From contig CBDCXV010000001.1 of assembly GCA_965223905.1 (NCBI GenBank), positions 1,472,001-1,536,000 on the forward strand: 64,000 bases of DNA. Direction: 5' to 3'. The position numbers and the translations under genes were made by a program. Positions 35,773-45,806 of the stretch are shown here, one piece after another. The DNA is from Candidatus Latescibacterota bacterium. GTDB lineage: Bacteria; Latescibacterota; UBA2968; UBA8231. Below the pieces are notes generated by a model. The model was given only the letters and a program-made list of their open reading frames with translations, had not been told where the DNA came from and did not search any database. Position 1 is the stretch's first letter. Each line of letters begins with the position of its first letter.

Positions 35773-37710
35773 ATGGAGTTTTTCCGCGGACTGCTGGCGA
35801 TCCTCGCCGTGGCGGCCGCGTTGGCCCTCCCGACGGCCTGCGGGCCACAACCGGAGAGGCCGAACGTGGTCGTCCTCCTCATGGACACGCTCAGGGCGGA
35901 TCGGCTCGGCTGCTACGGATACGCCCGGGCGACCAGCCCAGCCGTCGACAGCCTCGCGGCAGCCGGGGTCGTTTTCACCCGCTGTTACGCCCCGTCGGAT
36001 TACACCCAGGCCTCCACAGCTTCGCTCTTCACCGGGAAATACCCGCTTGCGCACGGATATGTGAACTCCAACTACGTGCTCGAAGATTCCAACCTGACCA
36101 TTGCCGAGATCTTCCGCGACGCCGGCTACACCACTGCGGGGTTTATCGCCAACGGCCTCGCGGGCAGAAAGTACCGGATGGATCAGGGCTTCGAGATGTA
36201 TTTCGAGAAGAACAGGGCGTCGGCTCCAGAGTTGTCGGCGGCAGCCACGGCCTTTATCGGTACACAGTCGGCTGCGGGCGGCCCGCCCTTTTTCATGTAC
36301 TTGCATTTCCTCGACGTCCACGATCCACACCGGATTCCCCCCACCCACTTCGGCAGGTTCGCCGACCCGGCCGCCTTCGCGTTCGACATGCAGGATACCC
36401 TGCTGCTGGAGACTTTCGCGATGCGGGCCTGGTGGTCCGTGGTCCAGAAGTGGCGGCCTGGGAAGGAAGGGGAGATCGCCACCTACTTCGACGACTACTC
36501 GGATCTCTACGACGCTTCCATCGCCTACTGGGACGATTCCGTGGCGGCGATCCGGGAGTCGCTGGCCGCGAACGGCTTCGATCGCAACACCATCATCGTC
36601 GTCACCTCCGACCACGGGGAACAGCTTCTTGAGCACGGCTTTTTCGGACACGCCAACTCCGGCTACGAGGTGGGCCTGCACGTCCCTCTCATCCTTTTCG
36701 ACCCCTATGCTGATGGGGGCAATCGCGGCAGACGGCTTTCTCACCTGGTCGGCCTCGTGGATGTTTTACCCACCCTGCTGAACCGGGTCGGGATCGAGGT
36801 TCCCGCGCAGGTTCAGGGTCGGTCGCGCTGGCCGTACGACCCGGCGCCGGAGGGCACCCCCGAAGAGGATGCCGCAACCGTGTACACAGAGGGAACCTTC
36901 TTTAAAAACCGCCCGGTCGGCACCCTGATCCAGTCCTACCGGCAGGGGGACTGGAAGCTCCTCCTTGACCGCTTGCGAGACTCCAAGGAACTCTACGATC
37001 TGCGCCGCGACCCCGGCGAAACCCGGAACCTGTTCGACGCACGGCCGGAGATCGCCTCGAGACTTTTCGACGGCCTGCGGCAACAGTACAACGGGAATCT
37101 CGAGATCTTCGACGCCCGCTCGAGGTCGCCGATGGAACAGGTCGAGGAGAAGCTGGAGGAGCTCCAGTCGCTGGGGTACGTGACCGCTGTGGATCCTCCT
37201 CGTGGGGCCCCGGCCCAGTATTTTCCCATCGCGGCGGCCGATCTGACCCGGTTTGGACCGTTCGGGGACGAGGAAGACCTTCACCTGTTCAATAATGTCG
37301 ATTTCTCCCGTCGTGGCCGAATCGCGCTTGGGCAGATCGTGCGCGGCTGCAGTGAAGACCCCAGTCGCGCCGACACTTCGGGGGTCTGGTTTGACCGGCG
37401 TTCCACTTTCCTTTTGCGGAATGACGGGCGCATGTGGCGCATTTTCTTCGAAATCCTGATCGATCCGCACGCGCCCCTGCACCCGACACGGATCCAGGTT
37501 GAATTCAACGATGCGCCAGGAGAGTCGTTTCGCATCTCCGGCCCCGGGCATCATCGGCTGGAGAGCGCTCTGCCGGCGTCCCTGTGCGCCCCGGGATATT
37601 TCCACGCTGGATTACTGGCCGATCGCCGCTTTGTCCTGCGCGCGGGAACCTCGCCCAGATCAGACCGCTACGCCTCCATAAAAATCCGCCGTGTCGGCCT
37701 GGGGCAGTGA
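35773..37710 (+). CDS. Sulfatase-fold (alkaline phosphatase superfamily) lipoprotein with a Thr-type active site and a C-terminal extension
   Basis: PNVVVLLMDTLRAD, SDYTQASTASLFTG, HFLDVHDPH, SDHGE, HVPL, ELYDL..DPGE, LQSLGY; lipobox-like PTAC. Confidence 0.85.
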   Translation: MEFFRGLLAILAVAAALALPTACGPQPERPNVVVLLMDTLRADRLGCYGYARATSPAVDSLAAAGVVFTRCYAPSDYTQASTASLFTGKYPLAHGYVNSNYVLEDSNLTIAEIFRDAGYTTAGFIANGLAGRKYRMDQGFEMYFEKNRASAPELSAAATAFIGTQSAAGGPPFFMYLHFLDVHDPHRIPPTHFGRFADPAAFAFDMQDTLLLETFAMRAWWSVVQKWRPGKEGEIATYFDDYSDLYDASIAYWDDSVAAIRESLAANGFDRNTIIVVTSDHGEQLLEHGFFGHANSGYEVGLHVPLILFDPYADGGNRGRRLSHLVGLVDVLPTLLNRVGIEVPAQVQGRSRWPYDPAPEGTPEEDAATVYTEGTFFKNRPVGTLIQSYRQGDWKLLLDRLRDSKELYDLRRDPGETRNLFDARPEIASRLFDGLRQQYNGNLEIFDARSRSPMEQVEEKLEELQSLGYVTAVDPPRGAPAQYFPIAAADLTRFGPFGDEEDLHLFNNVDFSRRGRIALGQIVRGCSEDPSRADTSGVWFDRRSTFLLRNDGRMWRIFFEILIDPHAPLHPTRIQVEFNDAPGESFRISGPGHHRLESALPASLCAPGYFHAGLLADRRFVLRAGTSPRSDRYASIKIRRVGLGQ

Positions 37711-37834
37711 TTGGCTCGACCGGGACGCACCCGCTTGGGACGGCACTGTTTCTGCCCTCACTGCCCGATTCCGGTTGCGCCGGTATCGCAGCCGGCGACC
37801 GGCCGCAGTTCATCGAGCCCCTGAACAACCTCAG

Positions 37835-40195
37835 GTGCAGTCCAAACCGGTGTCCTTGCGTCTCCCACACCTCGCCTCCAGCGCGCTGATCTGCTGGATT
37901 GCCCTCCCCTGCGCCGCCCGGGTCGACGGGGGCCCGGAGCAGGCTCTGTCGCGTTTCGCCACCCGGGAGATGGAGCGGCTGGAGACCGTCGGACCGGTGG
38001 TGAAGAGGGCGACTATCTCGCGCTACTTTGCCGCCTATCCACTCCCCACGAGGGAAAGGGAGGTCCAGCGTCTTCTGGGAACGGCGCAACGCATCCTCGT
38101 TGCTTTCGCCGGCAAGCTTCAGACAGCCGCCCGGGAGCGGGTGCGGAAGGATGGGTCCTCCGCCATCGAGCAGGCCCATATCACCGCCGCGGTCGAGAAG
38201 CTGTTGCCCGGCGCTGACAGCCCCTACAAGACCCGCATCTTCTTTCCGCGGGCCCCCCTCGGGGACCAGGTGGAGGTCGAGCTCATGGACCTCCGGGCAT
38301 TCCAGGACACCCCACTTCCCTGGCGCGCCCTCGCTGCACCGATGAGACCGGCGGCGCGCCTTGCCTTCAGGGACGAGGTCGCCCTGGGGGAGTTCGCGGC
38401 GGCGGTGAGCTCCCACGGACTGCTCATCTTCCGGCTGGCGGGGAAGTTCGCCAGTGAAGATTTCAGCCCCGCGGTAACGAGCCCACACCTGCGCAGGGCC
38501 GAGAAAGCGATCGCCCGGCGGGCAGGGAGCGCGGTAACAGAGGCGCCGACCTCCACGGCGCCGGTACCCCTCCAGGTCCGCTTCGTCGACGTCGCCGGGG
38601 CGAACGGCATCCGCTTTCGCCACGTCAGCAGCGACTGGATCTCCCGTTTCCGGCGTTACGGGCCCCTGGCCCCTACCTTCAGCGGTGGCGGCGTTACCGC
38701 CGGGGACCTGGACGGCGACGGGTGGCCGGATCTCGTCTACTGCGGCGGAGAAGGATGCGCGGCATTCAGAAACCAGCACGACGCGACCTTCGAGGAGGTG
38801 ACGGCAGCCAGCCGGATCAATGTTCCCGGCGAGGCCCGAATGAGCCTTGTCGCCGACTTCGACAACGACGGCGATCAGGACCTTTTCATCACCTACGCCC
38901 GCGATACGAACCGGCTCTTTCGCAATGGCGGTGGCGGACGTTTTGAAGACATCACCCCTCAGTCCGGTCTGCGGACAACCGAAGACATCAGCGGCCCCGC
39001 CATCGCCTTCGACCACGACAACGACGGCTCCCTGGACGTCTACGTCGGGAATTTCGGTGACTACCTAAACGGCGCCACGCCGTGGGTCTCACCCGATTCC
39101 CAGAACGCCCAGAGCAATCGCCTGTATCGCAACCTGGGGGAAATGCGCTTCGAAGACGTGACCGATGGCGCCGCCGGCAATACCGGCTGGACCCAGGCGC
39201 TCTCCCACGTCGACTACAACCAGGACGGCTACCAGGACATCTACATCGCCAACGACTTCGGCTCCAACGAGCTGCTCGAAAACCAGGGCGACGGGACCTT
39301 CCGGGCAAGGGGAGAAGCAGGAACCACGGGGGACCGTTTTCACGGCATGTCGGTAGCATTCGCCGATCTCAATCGCGACACCTATGCCGACATCTTCATC
39401 AGCAACATCTGGGGCTGGGTCCCCACCGAGCGCGAGCCCGGCGAAACCAACTCGCTCCTGATCTCCGCGGCGCGGGAAAACGGAGTCAGGTACCGAAGCG
39501 ATCGCAGCCGGATTCCAGGTTTGATCCGGCGCGATACCGGGTGGTCCTGGGCTGCCCTGTTCTTCGACGCCGACAACGACGGCGATGACGATCTGTTCGT
39601 CGCCAACGGTCTCACGGATTACAGCACGGCGCGCCAAGTCCGGCCCCACCCGACGCGTTCCGGCCTTCTGTACCCGGTCTCCCACAACCGCGAGAGAAAC
39701 CTGTTCTTCCTCCATCAGGACGGACTGCTCGAAGTCCCCCCGGAGGTGAGCGGCGCCGAACTGGGCGGCTGCAACTCCCGCGCCATCGCCCTTCTCGACT
39801 ACGACCGGGATGGCGATCTCGATATGGCCCTGAGTACCTTCCATTCCTCGGCGCGCCTGTTCCGCAACGACGGCGCCCCGCGCGCCAATCACTGGCTTTC
39901 CGTGGAGCTCGTCGGCGATCCCGCCCGGGGCGTCAACCGCAACGCCATCGGGGCTCGACTCATCGCTCGCAACGCCGATTCGGGTCTGTATGTCTGGCGC
40001 GCGGTGACGGGAGGCGAGGGATACATGGCGATGAGCACGCTCCCGGTCGGCATCGGTCTTGGTGAGGCCCGCAGCGTCGACCTCGAGATCCATTGGCCGG
40101 GGATGGAACGCCAGGTGGTCGAGGAGATCGCCGCCGAACAGAGGATCCGCATTTACCAGGGCAACCCCGTTTTCGAGAGCATCGACCCTCGCTGA
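37835..40195 (+). CDS. CRTAC1-family protein with an extra helical N-terminal domain
   Basis: FG-GAP DxDxDG repeats and an ASPIC tail (NRNAIGARL, GGEGYM, GLG, WPG); about 200 extra residues after a signal-like segment; start approximate. Confidence 0.85.
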   Translation: MQSKPVSLRLPHLASSALICWIALPCAARVDGGPEQALSRFATREMERLETVGPVVKRATISRYFAAYPLPTREREVQRLLGTAQRILVAFAGKLQTAARERVRKDGSSAIEQAHITAAVEKLLPGADSPYKTRIFFPRAPLGDQVEVELMDLRAFQDTPLPWRALAAPMRPAARLAFRDEVALGEFAAAVSSHGLLIFRLAGKFASEDFSPAVTSPHLRRAEKAIARRAGSAVTEAPTSTAPVPLQVRFVDVAGANGIRFRHVSSDWISRFRRYGPLAPTFSGGGVTAGDLDGDGWPDLVYCGGEGCAAFRNQHDATFEEVTAASRINVPGEARMSLVADFDNDGDQDLFITYARDTNRLFRNGGGGRFEDITPQSGLRTTEDISGPAIAFDHDNDGSLDVYVGNFGDYLNGATPWVSPDSQNAQSNRLYRNLGEMRFEDVTDGAAGNTGWTQALSHVDYNQDGYQDIYIANDFGSNELLENQGDGTFRARGEAGTTGDRFHGMSVAFADLNRDTYADIFISNIWGWVPTEREPGETNSLLISAARENGVRYRSDRSRIPGLIRRDTGWSWAALFFDADNDGDDDLFVANGLTDYSTARQVRPHPTRSGLLYPVSHNRERNLFFLHQDGLLEVPPEVSGAELGGCNSRAIALLDYDRDGDLDMALSTFHSSARLFRNDGAPRANHWLSVELVGDPARGVNRNAIGARLIARNADSGLYVWRAVTGGEGYMAMSTLPVGIGLGEARSVDLEIHWPGMERQVVEEIAAEQRIRIYQGNPVFESIDPR

Positions 40196-43100
40196 TGGAG
40201 AACGCGACAATCCACCGTCTTCTTCCCCTGTTCCTGGCAGCCAGGCCGCTACCGGCATTCCTGCTGCTGCTGGCCATTCGCTCTCCGACTCTCGCGGACC
40301 CGGCCGAAGAAGCTCGCCTGCGGGAAGCGGCGCGCCTGCGCAGCGTGGCCTTGGCCCGCATGGAGGACGGGGAATACGAACGGGCGGCGGATCACCTCGA
40401 AGAGCTCGCCCGCGCCCTCCCCGACAACATCCTGCCCCCGGTCAACCTCGCCATATGCTACTACCGTCTCAACCGTGCCGAAGAGGCCTTGCGCCAGGTC
40501 GAGAGAGCCCGTCAGCTCGACCCCGACAACGCGCGGATGCTGTACACCCTGGCGCGCATCCTCGGGGAGGATCCGGGGCGCGCCAGAGTGTGGCGCGAGG
40601 TGATCGACCACTTCGCCGCAACGCATCCGCGCGACCCGCGGCCGTACTACCTCGAGGCCCGGCACCTGGCGCTGGGGGGGCAGTTCGCCGCCGCGGTGCC
40701 ATTGTTCCAACAGGCTCTGGCGTCGGCGCCGGAGAACCTGGTCCTGCTGGCGGACCTTCTGGTGGCGGCGGCCGAGGCCGCCGATGCGGAGACCACCGCC
40801 GGGGCCCTGTACGGGATCGAGGACCGGCTGAACGGGTTCGAGGGCAGCATGGCCGACTACGCACGGCGCATTCACCCTCTCGTCGAAGCGGGCAAGACCC
40901 AGGGCTTGCGTCCGGCCGCCCGGGTGATGCGCAACCTCCTGCGTCCCACCGAGCTCTACCGGCTGCATCTGGTCCCCCTCACCGGCGTCCGCCAGGCCGG
41001 TGGCGCGGGCCTGTTCCCGCAGCACGACTTCGACCCGCCCCTGCCCGGGAGCATCCAGGGTGGGCAGGACATCGACATAGCCTTCGCTCAGTCCGGCGAT
41101 TTCGCCCGGCTCGACCTCCCGCAAGCGGCGACCTGGAGGGTTGGCCGTCAGCCGGGCCGCGAGCTGATGCTGGGGGCCGGTGATCATGGGCTGGTGGAGG
41201 TGGCGTTTTCCGCGGGGGGTTTCCAGGCGCGCTCGATCGAGCTGCAACCGGCAGCCCGGGGACCCGTGGTCTCCTGCGACATCGACCAGGACGAAATCGC
41301 GGACCTGGTGATTGCCGATCCCGCCCGCGGCGTTCTGGTGTACCATGGTGAGGCCGACGGTTCGTTCGCGCCGGCACGAACGGTGAGCGCCGCCAGGGAT
41401 GGCGATCGGTACGCCGGTCTCTTCCCGCTCGACATCGATCACGAGGGGGACCTGGATCTCTTCGTCGCGGTCGCCCGTGAGGCTGCTGCCGACCTCTATC
41501 TGCAGAACAACGGCGACGGCACCTGGACGGAGCGGGCCGCGGAACTGGGACTCGCCGGCGCCGCCGTTGCCACCACCGATATCGCGGTCGCCGATTTCGA
41601 CGACGACGGCGATCTGGATTTGTTGACCGTCCACCCCACGGGTCACCCGCGGCTTTACCTGAACCACCGCACCGGCGCCTTCGACGACGGCAGCGCCGCT
41701 TGCGGCCTCGATCAACTGCCGGCGGGATATCGGGCCGTCCACACCGCCGACTTCGACAACGACGGGCGCTTCGATCTCCTGCTGTGGGGAGAGGAGGCGG
41801 CCCAGGCGGTGTTCGCGAACCGGGGGGCGGCATTCGAGCCCGTCGCGCTGCCGGGATCCGCAGACGGCGGTTGGAGCAGCGCCGAGGTGGGCGATTACGA
41901 CAACGACGGCGATCAGGATGTCGCCGCCATCGCCGCCGGCACCGGCGAGTTGCTCCTCCTGCGCAATCGCCGCCTGTCATTCCACCTGATCCCCGCGGGG
42001 GGGAGCGCCGCGGGGACTGCCAGCTTGATCGATGGAGACTTCGATGGCGATGGCGATCTCGACCTCCTCGCCTCCGGCCCGGGCGCGAAGCCGCGCCTGT
42101 TCAGCAACCAGGGGGGCAACCGCAACAATTGGGTGAGAATCAGCCTGAAGGGCCTCAACGACAACAACGCGAAAAACAACATTCAGGGTATGTTCAGCCG
42201 GGTGGAAGCCCGGGCAGGCGACTCCTTCCAGGTTCTCCTGGGCAACGGCGGGGTCAACCATCTGGGGCTCGGCGCCCGGCGCGTGGCCGACGTGATCCGC
42301 GTTGTCTGGACCAACGGCCTGGCGCAGAACTGGCAGCTGGTGAGCGCCAACCAGACCCTGGTCGAGGAGCAGGTCCTGAAAGGGTCATGTCCTTTCCTCT
42401 ACACCTGGGACGGCGACGGCTTCGAGTTCGTCACCGATCTCATGTGGCGTTCGCCGTTGGGGATGATCCTCGCCGACGGCTCCCCGGCGCCGCACCAGTC
42501 AGCCCGGGATTTTGTGCTGATACCGGGTGAGCGGCTGCAGCCCGCCGACGGAGAACTCTGGCTGCAGATCACCGAAGAACTGTGGGAGACGGCCTACGTC
42601 GACCGCTGCTACCTGCTCGCCGTCGACCATCCCGCCGCTGTCGAGCTGGTCGTGGACGAGAAGTTCACCCCCCCTCCCTACGCGACCGAGGCGCCCATCC
42701 ACTGGCTCGCCGACCGCCTGCTACCCGTCGCCGCCCGCGACCACCAGGGCCGCAATGTGCTCGCCCAACTCGAACACCGCGACGGCGACTACGTCGACGG
42801 CCTTCCGCTCAGCCGCTACCAGGGACTGACCGAGGGCCACTTCGTCGAGATGACCTTCCCTCAGGTGCCGGCGGGGGAGCGCCTGCGCCTGGTGCTGTGG
42901 GGCTGGATCTTCCCGACCGACACGAGCATTAACTTCGCCCTGGCGCAGGATGGGTCACGCGACCTGAAGGGCCCCAGCCTCGAAGTGCGCGGCGCGGATG
43001 GAGGCTTTCGCGTCCTCTCCCCTTTCATCGGTTTCCCCAATGGCAAGCGCAAGGCGATGGTGGTGGAGTTGACCGACCTCGTCCCGTCCGGGGACCTGAC

Positions 43101-43665
43101 CCTTCGCATCGCGACCTCGATGCAGATCTACTGGGACGCCGCGGCCCTCGCCGTCGGTGAGCCCGAGGCGCTCGCGGTCTCGACGCGGCTCGAGCCGCGC
43201 TCCGCCGAGCTCCACTACCGGGGGTATTCCCGCCTCTACCGGGAAGCGGCCTCCGGCCCCCACCTCTTCGACTACGCGGAAGTCCACTCCGGGCCCAGGT
43301 TCCGCGACATGCGCGGCACCTTCACGCGCTACGGTCCGGTCGCGGAGCTGCTCGCGGACGAAGATGATCGCTATGTAGTCATGAACGCCGGCGACGAGAT
43401 GACGATCCTCTTCGACTCGCCGCCACTCCCCGATCCGCCTCGCGGCTGGCGGCGCGACTACGTCCTCTACACCGACGGCTGGGTGAAGGATGCGGACCTG
43501 CACACCGCGTTTTCGCAGACCGTCGAACCATGGCCTTTTCATGGCATGACGGCCTACCCCCCGGAGTCGGAATACCGCCCGGATGGGTCGGAATATCTGA
43601 CCCGGGTCCTCTCCGACGGGCCTTTCCGCGACGCGCTGAAGGTGCAGGTCGAGTCCGCGGATTGA
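40195..43665 (+). CDS. TPR + FG-GAP + ASPIC/UnbV multidomain exported protein
   Basis: N-terminal TPRs, FG-GAP repeats, VVWTNG, KGSCPFLYTWDG, GWVKDAD, PFHGMTAYP; TGATG coupling. Confidence 0.88.
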   Translation: MENATIHRLLPLFLAARPLPAFLLLLAIRSPTLADPAEEARLREAARLRSVALARMEDGEYERAADHLEELARALPDNILPPVNLAICYYRLNRAEEALRQVERARQLDPDNARMLYTLARILGEDPGRARVWREVIDHFAATHPRDPRPYYLEARHLALGGQFAAAVPLFQQALASAPENLVLLADLLVAAAEAADAETTAGALYGIEDRLNGFEGSMADYARRIHPLVEAGKTQGLRPAARVMRNLLRPTELYRLHLVPLTGVRQAGGAGLFPQHDFDPPLPGSIQGGQDIDIAFAQSGDFARLDLPQAATWRVGRQPGRELMLGAGDHGLVEVAFSAGGFQARSIELQPAARGPVVSCDIDQDEIADLVIADPARGVLVYHGEADGSFAPARTVSAARDGDRYAGLFPLDIDHEGDLDLFVAVAREAAADLYLQNNGDGTWTERAAELGLAGAAVATTDIAVADFDDDGDLDLLTVHPTGHPRLYLNHRTGAFDDGSAACGLDQLPAGYRAVHTADFDNDGRFDLLLWGEEAAQAVFANRGAAFEPVALPGSADGGWSSAEVGDYDNDGDQDVAAIAAGTGELLLLRNRRLSFHLIPAGGSAAGTASLIDGDFDGDGDLDLLASGPGAKPRLFSNQGGNRNNWVRISLKGLNDNNAKNNIQGMFSRVEARAGDSFQVLLGNGGVNHLGLGARRVADVIRVVWTNGLAQNWQLVSANQTLVEEQVLKGSCPFLYTWDGDGFEFVTDLMWRSPLGMILADGSPAPHQSARDFVLIPGERLQPADGELWLQITEELWETAYVDRCYLLAVDHPAAVELVVDEKFTPPPYATEAPIHWLADRLLPVAARDHQGRNVLAQLEHRDGDYVDGLPLSRYQGLTEGHFVEMTFPQVPAGERLRLVLWGWIFPTDTSINFALAQDGSRDLKGPSLEVRGADGGFRVLSPFIGFPNGKRKAMVVELTDLVPSGDLTLRIATSMQIYWDAAALAVGEPEALAVSTRLEPRSAELHYRGYSRLYREAASGPHLFDYAEVHSGPRFRDMRGTFTRYGPVAELLADEDDRYVVMNAGDEMTILFDSPPLPDPPRGWRRDYVLYTDGWVKDADLHTAFSQTVEPWPFHGMTAYPPESEYRPDGSEYLTRVLSDGPFRDALKVQVESAD

Positions 43666-43874
43666 AGCCTTCAGGCCCTGAGCCGGGTCGGGAGGATGGT
43701 CCGGCAGTTTAAATTTACTGATATCATTACCCATGCCGTGTCGCGGAAAGTTGAATGCCGATTCGGGCGTCGGGAGGCACCGGCGGTCGATCCGGCGAGA
43801 TTTATGCGACGCGACACCGGGCATTCCATTCCCGCGGGTCACCCGAGCCGCCGCCGCCGCGCTCCGGGCGACCG

Positions 43875-45803
43875 ATGCGGTCCCTTCAAACAGCCGACGG
43901 GGAAAAGGAGCAGGTGGTACCCAGATTGGTATGGACGCGCTGGTCCGGGCCGGAGATTCTCTTCTACCCCTTGCTCGCCCTCTACATCCGCTACGGGCTC
44001 GACCCGCGGATGCTGTACCATGCATTCGGCATTGTGGTGCCCTACCCGACCTTCCGCACCGGCTGGGCCTTCTTCCAGGAGCATCTGCACCGGCCGGGCG
44101 GGATGGTGGAATACCTGGGGGCCCTGCTGTCCCATGGGTTCAACTATTCCTGGGTCGGTACCGTCATCATCGCGGGAACCGCCTGGTTGATCTGGGCTGG
44201 CACCCGAAGACTCATCGCTGTTGGTTCCGGAGGGACCTCGCAAGGGGGCCCGCTCTGGCTGGCCTACCTGCCGGTAGTTCTCCTCCTGGCAACCTACAAC
44301 GGCTTCGAGCACCCCGTTGCCAGCTACGACCGCTATCCAGGCCCCTTGACGAGCAGTGTCGGCCTTGTGGTAGCCCTGTGGTTCGCTGTTGGCCAGGCAG
44401 CGCTCCCTGTGCGCGGGAGAGGGGCGCGCGCGATCGCGTTCATCGCGCTGAACGCCTTGGCGCATTTCGCCGCCGGTGGTGGGAGCCTGCACTTTGCCCT
44501 GTTGACGGCCATCCACGAGGTCTCCCGCCGCCGCTGGCTCACCTCCGCCGTCTGCTTGCTGCTTGGGGTCGCGATCCCGGCCGCGTTGAGCGGCTACGCC
44601 TATGACCTCATCATCGCCGATGGCTGTACCCGGCTGCTGCCATGGAGTTACTGGACGAAGCCCTGGTCCTACGTTTACGCCGTTTGCACGTACCTTTCCG
44701 TGCCTGCGGTCGTGGCCCTTGCCGCGGCGCGGCGTCGCCTCCCCCTGCCGCGCAGCCTGGGCTCGTGGGCGGTCGTGCCCGGCCCCCCGGCGCGGCTGCT
44801 CGCCCCGCTCCTCCTCGCCATCCTCGGGCTGGCTGTTTCCTTCGATGGTTTTCGGCGGGACTTTTTGCAAATCACCCAACTGTCGCGCCAGCAGAGGTGG
44901 TCGGAGGTCGTGGAGAGAGCGAAAGAGCTGCCTCCCGGTGGATTCCAGCATCCCTATTTCCACCGCGAGACGCTGCGGGCGCTCTACCACATCGGCCGGC
45001 TCGGGGATGAGCTGTTCTCTTTCCCGCACCGCGCCTCCGGGCGCACGGTCCCCTTCCTGTCCCTGCCCAGGGACAGGGAACCCCAGCTGTGGGACCATGC
45101 CCAGATCGCCGACCTCGCCCTCGAGCTGGGCGACGTCAACCGCGCCGAGCACTTTGCACATGAACTGCTCGAGGGCGCCGGAGAGGGCCCGGCGGTGGTT
45201 CACAAGCTCGCCCTCATCAACATGGTCAAGGGGCAGACCGAAACAGCGCGGGTGTTCCTCAACGCCCAGAGCGAATACCTGGTGGGCGGGGGGCAGGGGA
45301 GAAGCCTTTTGCGACGCCTGGAAGAAGACCCCGGACTCGACTCGGACGAGCGGGTGCAGCAGTTGCGGGCCGTCATCTTCCTCGAGGACGATGTCGCGTT
45401 CATCGAAAAGGACCCCGAAGACGCAGAATCGGTGGAGACCCTCATCGCGCTTCTCCAGCGAAACAAAAGGAACAGAATGGCGTTCGAATACCTGTTGGCC
45501 CGATACCTGATGAGTGGCCAGGCGGCCAGGGTCGTCGAGAACCTGGGCCGCCTCGCGGATTTCGGCTACCGGGAGATCCCCCGGCATTACGAAGAGGCGG
45601 TCCTCGTTCACGAGTTGGCGACGGGTGCGAGGGTGAACGTCCCGGGTTTTGCCGTCAGCGAGGATGCGCGTCGGCGCTTCGCGGAATTCAAGAGGATTTC
45701 ACGGCAGTTCAGGAACAACCCCGGAGAGGCGATGAGTCATCTGGCGCCTCGATTCGGACACAGCTTTTTCTTCTATCGCACCTTCGGGCAATCGGGAGTG
45801 TAG
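43875..45803 (+). CDS. DUF6057-like integral membrane protein with C-terminal TPRs
   Basis: PGGMVEYLGALL, several TM helices, GRLGDELFSF, NRMAFEYLLA, IPRHYEEA; start approximate. Confidence 0.75.
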   Translation: MRSLQTADGEKEQVVPRLVWTRWSGPEILFYPLLALYIRYGLDPRMLYHAFGIVVPYPTFRTGWAFFQEHLHRPGGMVEYLGALLSHGFNYSWVGTVIIAGTAWLIWAGTRRLIAVGSGGTSQGGPLWLAYLPVVLLLATYNGFEHPVASYDRYPGPLTSSVGLVVALWFAVGQAALPVRGRGARAIAFIALNALAHFAAGGGSLHFALLTAIHEVSRRRWLTSAVCLLLGVAIPAALSGYAYDLIIADGCTRLLPWSYWTKPWSYVYAVCTYLSVPAVVALAAARRRLPLPRSLGSWAVVPGPPARLLAPLLLAILGLAVSFDGFRRDFLQITQLSRQQRWSEVVERAKELPPGGFQHPYFHRETLRALYHIGRLGDELFSFPHRASGRTVPFLSLPRDREPQLWDHAQIADLALELGDVNRAEHFAHELLEGAGEGPAVVHKLALINMVKGQTETARVFLNAQSEYLVGGGQGRSLLRRLEEDPGLDSDERVQQLRAVIFLEDDVAFIEKDPEDAESVETLIALLQRNKRNRMAFEYLLARYLMSGQAARVVENLGRLADFGYREIPRHYEEAVLVHELATGARVNVPGFAVSEDARRRFAEFKRISRQFRNNPGEAMSHLAPRFGHSFFFYRTFGQSGV

Positions 45804-45806
45804 GAA

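Noticed and set aside
43705-43720. AT-rich imperfect palindrome CAGTTTAAATTTACTG upstream of DUF6057
   Set aside because: Short and bulged with no clear -35/-10 pair, so too weak to call.
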